A stretch of DNA of 59,394 bases, the filler included. It is 6 parts of 6 records of this genome, joined end to end, with 100 filler letters (N's around TTAATTAATTAA, not from the genome) between each part and the next. Parts side by side here need not be neighbours in the genome. Positions count along the whole stretch, not along the records: positions 1 to 11,262 come from SRR31156797_14132; 5 more parts are not named here. One strand, 5' to 3'. The translations under genes and the position numbers were made by a program. This document shows positions 1-7,804 of this stretch, one piece after another. The notes beneath the pieces were generated by a model. It ran no database searches. It was not told the DNA's origin and was given only the letters and a program-made list of their open reading frames with translations. The stretch's first letter is position 1. The number at the start of each line of letters is the position of its first letter.

Positions 1-3
1 CCT

Positions 4-255
4 GTGGCGAAACCAGCTGCTAAACCTGCGAAAGACGAGGGTAAGAAAGAAAAGAAACCAGCTCTAACTGGCGATCCTTTTGCAAAAAAGAAGGAAGAGA
101 AGAAAGTTGAAAAGAAGAAAAAGAAACCTTCCTACTACGATGTCTATGAGGAAATGAGAAAGAAATATATGAAAAAGCAGGCAAAGGAGAAGAAGAAGGA
201 AAAAGAGGAAAAGAAAAAGAAAGATAAAAAAGCACCTGCAGGAGGTGCAAAATGA
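4..255 (+). CDS. Lys/Glu-rich low-complexity C-terminal part of an upstream gene (probably 5'-truncated)
   Basis: Frame is open from the window edge. Its TGA overlaps the ATG of the next gene (ATGA at 252-255), and GGAGG at 241-245 serves that gene. Confidence 0.6.
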   Translation: MAKPAAKPAKDEGKKEKKPALTGDPFAKKKEEKKVEKKKKKPSYYDVYEEMRKKYMKKQAKEKKKEKEEKKKKDKKAPAGGAK

Positions 256-1850
256 GAAAATTAATGCTTTTCATTTTTGTTGTTATTGCTCTGGCAGGTT
301 GTACAACTGGAGCTAAACTATACAAGAGTACATTGCTTGAAGAAAAACGACTTGAGATTGATAGATCAAGAGGCGCTGACAAGTGTGCTCCACATGATCT
401 TGCAATGGCAGAGAGTTTGATAGAAGTTGCAAGGCTTGAGCTTGAGGCGGGGAACTATATACGTGCTGAAGGTTTGCTTTCTGAAGTGGATCTATATGCA
501 GCAAAAGCTTCAACGCGTGCTGACAGCTGTATTCCAAAAGACAAGGACGGAGATGGTCTTCTCGATGTTGATGATCGTTGTCCAAACTATGCCGGACCTG
601 AAAAGTTCAAAGGTTGTCCGGATAAAGACGGAGATGAAGTGCCTGATGTCGATGATAAATGTATTGACGTTAAAGGTCCTAAGAAACTTAATGGCTGTCC
701 TCCTGCTGCTGACAGAGACAAAGATGGAATACCTGATGCAACAGACCGTTGCCCTGATGACAGAGGTTTTGCTAAACTGAAAGGTTGTCCGGATAGAGAT
801 CGTGATGGCATTGCCGACCTTGATGATCGTTGTCCAGATGTTAAAGGACTTGCAGAGCTTAAAGGTTGTCCTCCAGCTGGTGACAAGGATAAGGATGGAG
901 TTCTTGACAAGAATGATCGCTGTCCTGATGACAAGGGTCTTCCTGAGTATAAGGGCTGTCCTGATAAAGATGGGGATACAATTCCGGATATAGATGACCG
1001 TTGTCCTGAAGTTAAAGGGAAAGTAGAGCTTAAAGGTTGTCTTCCTGCTGCTGATAGAGACAAAGACGGAGTTCTTGATGCCAATGACCGTTGCCCGGAT
1101 GATAAGGGACCGGTTGAGTACAAAGGTTGTCCAGACAAAGACGGCGATACAATTCCGGATATTGAAGATAAGTGCCCGGATGTTAAGGGAAAAGTGGAGC
1201 TTAAAGGTTGCCTGCCGGAAGCTGATAGAGATAAGGATGGAGTTCTTGACAAGAACGATCGCTGCCCTGATGACAAGGGTGCTGTTGAGATGAAAGGATG
1301 TCCAGATGGCGATGGCGACAAGGTTCCGGATATTGATGATCTTTGTCCAAAGAAGCCTGGAGTTCCTGAAAAGAAAGGTTGCCCGGTGATAGTTGATAAG
1401 GATGGTGACGGAATACTTGACAAAGATGATAAGTGCCCTGATGTTCCTGGCGTTAAGGAAGAGAAAGGCTGTCCAAAGAAATATAAGCTGATCGTTGTAA
1501 CAAGCAAGAAGATCGAGCTTAAGCAGATGGTTTTCTTTGGCTCCGGTAAAGCAGTAATTAAGAGAAAGTCCTATAAGCTTCTTAAAGAAGTTGCTGATGC
1601 TATCAAGAATGCAAAAACAATAAAGAAGGTGATTATTGAAGGTCATACCGACAGTTCAGGTAGCCGCAAGATCAATCTGAGACTTTCTCAAAAAAGAGCA
1701 AATGCTGTTAGAGAGTTCCTGATAGATGAAGGCGTTAACGGATCTAAACTTGAGGCTGTGGGATATGGACCTGATAGACCTATTTCCTCTAATAGAACTA
1801 GGACAGGAAGGGCTAAAAACAGAAGAGTGGAATTCATACTGAAACAGTAG
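252..1850 (+). CDS. OmpA-family lipoprotein with a DUF4398-like helical N-domain and thrombospondin type 3-like repeats
   Basis: Lipobox LAGC; DxDxDG..D..DxCP repeats; OmpA C-terminal motifs IEGHTDS, NLRLSQKRANAV and NRRVEF. Confidence 0.9.
   Translation: MRKLMLFIFVVIALAGCTTGAKLYKSTLLEEKRLEIDRSRGADKCAPHDLAMAESLIEVARLELEAGNYIRAEGLLSEVDLYAAKASTRADSCIPKDKDGDGLLDVDDRCPNYAGPEKFKGCPDKDGDEVPDVDDKCIDVKGPKKLNGCPPAADRDKDGIPDATDRCPDDRGFAKLKGCPDRDRDGIADLDDRCPDVKGLAELKGCPPAGDKDKDGVLDKNDRCPDDKGLPEYKGCPDKDGDTIPDIDDRCPEVKGKVELKGCLPAADRDKDGVLDANDRCPDDKGPVEYKGCPDKDGDTIPDIEDKCPDVKGKVELKGCLPEADRDKDGVLDKNDRCPDDKGAVEMKGCPDGDGDKVPDIDDLCPKKPGVPEKKGCPVIVDKDGDGILDKDDKCPDVPGVKEEKGCPKKYKLIVVTSKKIELKQMVFFGSGKAVIKRKSYKLLKEVADAIKNAKTIKKVIIEGHTDSSGSRKINLRLSQKRANAVREFLIDEGVNGSKLEAVGYGPDRPISSNRTRTGRAKNRRVEFILKQ
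540..1475 (+). repeat. 11 in-frame TSP3-like repeats alternating 27 and 30 aa (57-aa/171-nt higher-order unit)
   Basis: Counted directly in the translation, from DKDGDGLLDVDDRCP..KGCP to DKDGDGILDKDDKCP..KGCP. Confidence 0.9.
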
Positions 1851-1873
1851 TAGCTTGTGTCTGGAGGACAGTA

Positions 1874-2317
1874 ATGGTTAACGGTGACGAAAAGAAAAAA
1901 GAAAAGTCAGATAAAGTTCAGTACTATAATGAAAATGGCAGAGGGAAAGACGACGTTATATTTTCAAAAAACCAGCGTTGTGAAGAAAGGCTTCATGTAG
2001 AGTTGGAAGTTTCATTAACTGGACCGCATACTTTTTTTAGTGGTTTTGCAATGGATATGAGTAAAGGCGGAATTTTCGTTGCAACTCACAAGATCTCTTC
2101 AATTGGCACAGAATTTACTGTAAGTTTAAAGTTAGGAGAAGAAATTCTTGAAATTATATCAGAAGTCGTTTGGATAAGAGAAGTAGACAGTGCTCTTATC
2201 AGTGGTGAGGAGCCTGGAATGGGGCTGAAATTTAAGAATCTTGACGATAAGTATCGTTCGCTTATTATCGGATTTTTAAAAAAGAGAGAGCCTTTATTTT
2301 ATGATACGGATATATGA
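1874..2317 (+). CDS. PilZ-domain protein (TIGR02266-like)
   Basis: RxxxR (RCEER), DMSKGG (DxSxGG), VVWIR and PGMGLKF motifs; GGAGG RBS. Confidence 0.85.
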   Translation: MVNGDEKKKEKSDKVQYYNENGRGKDDVIFSKNQRCEERLHVELEVSLTGPHTFFSGFAMDMSKGGIFVATHKISSIGTEFTVSLKLGEEILEIISEVVWIREVDSALISGEEPGMGLKFKNLDDKYRSLIIGFLKKREPLFYDTDI

Positions 2318-2562
2318 AGCAAATTTTCGAACCATCTGAAAGTGATATTGTATCATATATAAAAAGTCGAAGTTTGGGTCCGGTAGTTGTTTTTCTAATG
2401 GAAATCTTTGAGCCCTTCAATAAAATCCTCACTTCAGCTCTTACAGTTACTACTCCGTTGCTAAACATCTTTCTCAAGTCAGAAAGTGTGGATGCCTGGG
2501 GAGCTTTTCTTAAAGATGGTCAGAAAGAGAACCTGAAAAAGAAACTTCTGGAAAAGAATTGA
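2314..2562 (+). CDS. Small hypothetical protein, first gene of the GlmL-like cluster
   Basis: ATGA overlap with the upstream gene and a 1-nt gap to the downstream gene. Confidence 0.65.
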   Translation: MKQIFEPSESDIVSYIKSRSLGPVVVFLMEIFEPFNKILTSALTVTTPLLNIFLKSESVDAWGAFLKDGQKENLKKKLLEKN

Positions 2563-2563
2563 T

Positions 2564-3994
2564 ATGGCGATGTCTTTTGGAATGGTCTTTACTTCCGGAA
2601 GGCTGGAAGTTTGGGGAATAGAAAAAGAAGACTCAAAAAATGAGTACCTGAAAGAAGATACCGCTCTGACAAATGTTGAAGCACTTTATACTCAACTACA
2701 GAAGAAATTTCTAGAGCTTGGATTCTCACAGGAAACATCTCAGAAAATGGATGTTTTTGGCATATATATTCCGGAATATCTTAAAAAATCATTAGTTTGC
2801 GGAATTACCCGAGATGGATCTTTAAAAGCTGGACAAAAGCTTTCAAGGGCTCTTCTTCTTTCGCCGGAATTTTTATATGCAGAAGGCGATTTTAACGAAA
2901 CTGTTAAAGATCTGAAAAGTGATGTGATAGTTATCAGCGGAGGCTTTGATGATTCTGATGATCTGAAGATGAAAAAGCTTATTCTAGATATTTCTGAGTC
3001 TTCCTGGTTTAAGAAGATAAGACCGAAAGTTATCTATGCCGGAAACAGGCAAAGTGTCTCTGCAGCACAGCTTAGTTTTTCTCCTTTTACCGATTTTTAT
3101 GAGATCGGGAATGTTCTTGAGGAAAACTTTTTTAAAGACGATCTTGATACTTGTCAACAGCTTGACCTATGTGAAAAAGCTCCATTTGATATCGAAGATG
3201 AAGTGTCAAAAAAGATCATGCTCAGCACATATCATGATTGTATCGACAGTATTTCTAAATACTTCTGTGGTATAAATTCCGGGAGAGCGTTGACCGTTTT
3301 GATCAACAAAAACTATTCTATTTTAAATCAATGCCGTATCGAAGCTGGAAATCCGGTTTGTGAGAACATTGCTTTTTCCAAAGAAGCGTTGGAGCTTTGT
3401 CCCGATGATTTCTCAGACGCATATACGGAATTCACTGTTCGAAACGACAGTTTTGCTGTTGATATTTTTTCTGCAGACGAAATTCTACCAATTGGAGAAA
3501 GGAAAACTGAGAGTTTTTTTCGTCCAGACAAGATAGTCGGAGTTTCAATATCAGATGAAGTGAATTTGAAAAAGTTCCTAGATCTAATAAGTGATCCGGA
3601 TATCGTTAGAGGGATCGTCGAATATTATTTTGATAACACTGGCTTTTTTCTTATGTGCGGATCTATTCTTTCCAGCGGCGTTTCAAAGAGCAGGGAAAGA
3701 GTTGAGAAGATAATAGAAGATCAGGAGATAAGTTCCGGCTGGCTCATAATTCCTGACGGCAGGTTCGATAAAGATCAGGTTGCGCTGGAAGTTTATGTTG
3801 GAGGAGATGACAAAGATAAGACATCAAAGCTTTTCTGGGGAAAAAGATATACTATTTCTGTAAAAGAAGAGTCTGTGATTGAGTTGAGGTTTAAAGGAAG
3901 TGCTTTTCTTCTTGGAAGGGACCAGGTCGTTGTTCTAAAAACAGGTTCAAGACCTAGAGATCTTGTGATAGATATCAGGAAGGAGAAAAGCTGA
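2564..3994 (+). CDS. Divergent GlmL (glutamate mutase L)-like protein
   Basis: DVIVISGGFDD and KVIYAGN resemble the GlmL LLAGGTDGG and PVIYAGN motifs; the C-terminal LVIDIR is also family-like. No N-terminal DxGSTxTK motif is visible. Confidence 0.55.
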   Translation: MAMSFGMVFTSGRLEVWGIEKEDSKNEYLKEDTALTNVEALYTQLQKKFLELGFSQETSQKMDVFGIYIPEYLKKSLVCGITRDGSLKAGQKLSRALLLSPEFLYAEGDFNETVKDLKSDVIVISGGFDDSDDLKMKKLILDISESSWFKKIRPKVIYAGNRQSVSAAQLSFSPFTDFYEIGNVLEENFFKDDLDTCQQLDLCEKAPFDIEDEVSKKIMLSTYHDCIDSISKYFCGINSGRALTVLINKNYSILNQCRIEAGNPVCENIAFSKEALELCPDDFSDAYTEFTVRNDSFAVDIFSADEILPIGERKTESFFRPDKIVGVSISDEVNLKKFLDLISDPDIVRGIVEYYFDNTGFFLMCGSILSSGVSKSRERVEKIIEDQEISSGWLIIPDGRFDKDQVALEVYVGGDDKDKTSKLFWGKRYTISVKEESVIELRFKGSAFLLGRDQVVVLKTGSRPRDLVIDIRKEKS

Positions 3995-5016
3995 TGAAAA
4001 AAATGCTATTCTTCATAACTCTATTCCTGTCATTGACCGTTTTAGCGCAAGAAAGTCAGATATTGTTAAAAGTTGAAAGTGATACTGCAAATATCGTTCT
4101 TAAAACAGATGTTAAAGATTTTCAGATGATCCAGCTATTTAGAAAAAGAAAAGATGAGGCACCTGTCAATATCTTTGAATTTTCAGAACCTGAAAGTTCT
4201 TTTTCAGAGCCGGCAGAATCGGGAACGTGCTACTTTATAAAGGTCTATAGAGATTCTGACAAACCTTTTGTATCTGAAAGCAAATGTGTTTCAGGCACTT
4301 TATTGACTGGAACAGTTGAGCCGATGCTTCTTCTTTTTCTTTTACTTCTTATCTGTTCATTCTTTGCTCCGGGGTTGATAGATTTTAAATTTCTCAGCTT
4401 AGGAACTGGTGATGCAAAAAAGATCGCGGGATCAATCAAGATACTTGCAGGGGAAGACAGCAAAAGGGTTCTTCTTCATAGTTCTTCAAACTGGATAGGA
4501 GATCCTGTAAATATTGCAGTAAGTTCATTTTTTGAGAATTCATTAAGAGACGATCGGGAAAATATTGAGACCACGATCACCAACAATATGACCTTTTTTG
4601 AATTGGGTAATAAAAAGGTCTTTAAAAGAGTTCCTATTTCCAATGGACAGAGACCTTTTTTGACAAACTCTTTACGAGATGCAGTGCCTAGATCTGCTCT
4701 TTTTCATATCTGTGAAAATAACCCTGAGTCCGATCTCGATTCCTTTAAAGGCAGAAAAGAAAAAAGAAAGATGCTTTTTTCATCGTCTTTGTCGGGTGCC
4801 GTAACTGATCTGATCATGAAAAGAAAAGCGCTTGTTTCGATTGAGCCTTTTGTAATGGACTCTCAGTTAAACAGCGATAAAAAACCTGATCATTCCGGCA
4901 GCTACCTGTTTTTAATGGTGATTGCAAGCGCGATCGGATTTGGATCGATCCTAAAGACGCTTGGACTGGAAACTCTTGTAAATAACATAATTATGTTTTT
5001 TATGGGTGGATCATGA
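3994..5016 (+). CDS. Membrane protein: signal peptide, small exported beta domain, TM helix, DUF6754-like domain, C-terminal TM
   Basis: Signal peptide ending VLA-Q; two hydrophobic segments; TGATG overlap. The DUF6754 resemblance is from recall and context only. Confidence 0.5.
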   Translation: MKKMLFFITLFLSLTVLAQESQILLKVESDTANIVLKTDVKDFQMIQLFRKRKDEAPVNIFEFSEPESSFSEPAESGTCYFIKVYRDSDKPFVSESKCVSGTLLTGTVEPMLLLFLLLLICSFFAPGLIDFKFLSLGTGDAKKIAGSIKILAGEDSKRVLLHSSSNWIGDPVNIAVSSFFENSLRDDRENIETTITNNMTFFELGNKKVFKRVPISNGQRPFLTNSLRDAVPRSALFHICENNPESDLDSFKGRKEKRKMLFSSSLSGAVTDLIMKRKALVSIEPFVMDSQLNSDKKPDHSGSYLFLMVIASAIGFGSILKTLGLETLVNNIIMFFMGGS

Positions 5017-6317
5017 TGAATAGAGTAATAAAAGTTGTGATCCCCTTAGCCATTGTTTTTCTTATTTTTCTAATTTACTCATCAAGTTGTGGAGACCTTG
5101 CATCTAACTTGCTTAGATGGGGAGAGATCGTTGTTGTTATTGCGCTGCTTGCTGGAGTTTATAAGCTGATCTTTGGTGAACTGGTAAAGATCAGGAAAAA
5201 AAATACAGGTTCAATTTATTCCATCGTTACAGTTGTTGCGTTTATATGCACTTTTCTTGCGGGGGTAATAAACTTCAGGAGCGAAGAATTCGCGTTTAGC
5301 AATATTGTAAGAGAGCATCCTGATTATCTCGTTAAGACGGCTCAGATCGTTATTGAAGATGATGAATATCTTAGAAAATTCCCTGCCAAAAGAAAGCTTT
5401 CCCTGCTTATGGCTTCAAGGATAAGCAGTTACTTTATTCCCACAGATGATATGTTGAAGAATTCAGGTATGAGTTCTGATGACTATCATGAATTGACAAA
5501 TCCGGGAATGCTGCAGGAAAAAGCAGGAATAATACAGGACGGCGATCTTAAATATGCCAAAAAAGTTCAGGAAAAAGTGACGAATATAAGTAGAAATACC
5601 GTCAGGTTCATGCTGCCTGTTGTGCAGAAGATAAAAGAGTGGTCATATTTTGAATTGTCAAGGACTAACGGCCGTCTACAGGCTGTTGATGATCTGAATA
5701 TAAATGGAAAAGTAATTTCAGGAAGTGGAGAGATCCTGGCAGAGGAAATAAGATCCATTGCTCCGATCCAAAAGAAAGATGATCTTAGCAAAATGGTCGA
5801 TATTTATAGCATTATCTGCAAGAATGAGAAATTCCTAAACGTTGTTTCTAATGCTTACGCTGAAAAAACAGGGTCGGGCATTTCAGAAAAGGCCGCTAAA
5901 AGTATTATTACCGCTTTTGTTAAGACCGGCGTATCTTTCAGCCCTAGATTAAAAGGAGTTCTTCGCTGGATCTACAGGTATATCTATGATCCACTTTTTT
6001 CAACTTTTATGGCGGTGCTTGTGTTTTTCATGGTTATTGCCGCATATAGGCATTTTGATCTTAGAAAATATTCCACAGCCGTGATCACTCTGTCAGCTGT
6101 CTTTGTTATGGCGGGCTTCATTCCGCAGATTCAACTGTTTTTTGTTAATGTCGTTCCAAAACAATGGCAGGGACCTTTGACATCCGGATGGATAATGAAC
6201 TTTTTTGCAATGCCTGTATTTAAAGCCTTTGCTATAGGAACGGGAGCTGGTGTTATCTTCATGTACATAAGCAGATACTGGAGATCTTTTCCAAGAGGTG
6301 AAAGCAATGAAAAGTAG
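5013..6317 (+). CDS. Multi-pass membrane protein with a large soluble insertion between TM3 and TM4
   Basis: Three N-terminal and three C-terminal hydrophobic segments; WIYRYIYDPLFSTFMAVLVFFMVIAAYR motif. Confidence 0.75.
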   Translation: MMNRVIKVVIPLAIVFLIFLIYSSSCGDLASNLLRWGEIVVVIALLAGVYKLIFGELVKIRKKNTGSIYSIVTVVAFICTFLAGVINFRSEEFAFSNIVREHPDYLVKTAQIVIEDDEYLRKFPAKRKLSLLMASRISSYFIPTDDMLKNSGMSSDDYHELTNPGMLQEKAGIIQDGDLKYAKKVQEKVTNISRNTVRFMLPVVQKIKEWSYFELSRTNGRLQAVDDLNINGKVISGSGEILAEEIRSIAPIQKKDDLSKMVDIYSIICKNEKFLNVVSNAYAEKTGSGISEKAAKSIITAFVKTGVSFSPRLKGVLRWIYRYIYDPLFSTFMAVLVFFMVIAAYRHFDLRKYSTAVITLSAVFVMAGFIPQIQLFFVNVVPKQWQGPLTSGWIMNFFAMPVFKAFAIGTGAGVIFMYISRYWRSFPRGESNEK

Positions 6318-7152
6318 CCCGAAAGGTTTTAACGAGCTACCTACAGCATATATTGTTACGGCAATACTTATCCTCGTCCTTATTCTGGGTTTTATTGAGC
6401 AGGATCACGATCTTCCCCATAGTAATGGAGCTGTAAGTGCAGCACAAAATATAGAGAACATCCCTGACGGGTCAAAAGTAATGATCCTTGTAAATTACGG
6501 GCCGGAGGGTCGATACGAGCTGGAAGCCGGTCTGGCAACTCTTATTACAGTTCTTGCAAAAAAAGAGGTCGGTATCGTTTTTGCCTCGCTTATTCCTCAA
6601 GGGATAGAATCAACGGCGCTTGCTGTTGAAAAGAGCATTTCAAAAGTCAGTTTTAGAAAACAGGGATATTATTATGGCAAGGATTATGTTCAACTCGGGT
6701 ATTTGGCGGGAGGCTCGATTGCTGCTGCAATGATGACAGGAGATGTTGAAAGTTACAGAAAAGAGGATGTTTTTGGAAGTAGTATTCGAGATCTTCCTGT
6801 AATGAATGGCGTTTTTAGCCTAAACGATCTTTCAGCTATCATTGAGTTCTCTTCTGTTAAGGTCGAGGGTGTGCCGGGAATAGTTTTTTTCACAGTTTTT
6901 AATAGAAAAAATGAAGTTCCGGTAATATCTGTCTGCACTTCTGATATGGTCTCAGATTATATTCCGTTTGCTGATTCCGGTTCTATAACCTCGTTAGTTC
7001 AAGGTATGAAAGATCTTGTTTCAGTGGAAAAAATACTTACAGGTTCATCCGAATCAGGATCTCGCTTCTTTTCATCGGTCGGGGTCCTATGGCTTGTCTT
7101 TCTGTTAATAATTGCGAGCAATGTATTAAGATTGTTGAGGAAAAAGAAATGA
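6307..7152 (+). CDS. Membrane-anchored alpha/beta-domain protein of the GlmL-like cluster
   Basis: N- and C-terminal TM helices; NYGPEGRYEL and YGKDYVQLGYLAGG motifs. ATG 6307 follows GAGG; GTG 6298 is an alternative start. Confidence 0.75.
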   Translation: MKSSPKGFNELPTAYIVTAILILVLILGFIEQDHDLPHSNGAVSAAQNIENIPDGSKVMILVNYGPEGRYELEAGLATLITVLAKKEVGIVFASLIPQGIESTALAVEKSISKVSFRKQGYYYGKDYVQLGYLAGGSIAAAMMTGDVESYRKEDVFGSSIRDLPVMNGVFSLNDLSAIIEFSSVKVEGVPGIVFFTVFNRKNEVPVISVCTSDMVSDYIPFADSGSITSLVQGMKDLVSVEKILTGSSESGSRFFSSVGVLWLVFLLIIASNVLRLLRKKK

Positions 7153-7787
7153 TGAGCACAGATCTCAGCATTTGGATAGTGGCATTTCTAACTCTTGCAG
7201 TGTTTTCCGGAGTTTATAAGAAAAACCCCTTTTACAGGTTTGCAGAGTCGCTTTTTATAGGTGTTTCTGCTGGATATTTTGCTTGTATCTGGCTTATTTC
7301 TGTTTTGATGCCGACCTTCAATGAAATTGCCGGTGGAAGTTATCTTTATATTATTCCGGTAATTACCGGGCTTCTTGTTTTTTTTCCTGCAAAAAAGGAC
7401 AGGGCTGGAATTCACCTTATTCCCGCCGGGCTTCTGATTATTCTTTATGCAGCACTGAATATGATCGTCTATTTTGAAGCATTCATCTACAGGATGGTGT
7501 TTTCGTCAGTTGAGCCACTAATAACTTTTTATTCTGATGGATCAGTGGCTTGGGATATGACAGTCAATTCAATACTTACTGTGATCGGAGTTTGTGCGAC
7601 ACTTGTTTTTCTGTTTAGCAGAAAGTATAGCCATTCAAATTCTATCAGGACAGTAGGTGCCGTAGGCAGGTTTTATGTGCTTGTTGCAATAGGTGCATGT
7701 TTTGGATATACTCTCGTTTCAAGAATTATTCTTCTCTTTGGAAGGATAGATTTTATTGTAAGAGAATTTTTAGGGGTTACGTTTTGA
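7149..7787 (+). CDS. Multi-pass membrane protein of the GlmL-like cluster
   Basis: Start reassigned to the ATGA overlap at 7149; WIVAFLTLAVFSGVYKKNPFYRFAESLFIGVSAGY motif; about six TM segments. Confidence 0.8.
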   Translation: MMSTDLSIWIVAFLTLAVFSGVYKKNPFYRFAESLFIGVSAGYFACIWLISVLMPTFNEIAGGSYLYIIPVITGLLVFFPAKKDRAGIHLIPAGLLIILYAALNMIVYFEAFIYRMVFSSVEPLITFYSDGSVAWDMTVNSILTVIGVCATLVFLFSRKYSHSNSIRTVGAVGRFYVLVAIGACFGYTLVSRIILLFGRIDFIVREFLGVTF

Positions 7788-7804
7788 AAACAGGAGTCAG
7801 TAAT

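Noticed and set aside
540-1475. Possible CRISPR array
   Set aside because: Repeats are in-frame, degenerate at codon third positions and lack unique spacers; no cas genes anywhere in the window.
510-1646. Long antisense ORFs (510-1646, 587-1507) with repetitive translation
   Set aside because: Shadows of the repeat-rich OmpA gene.
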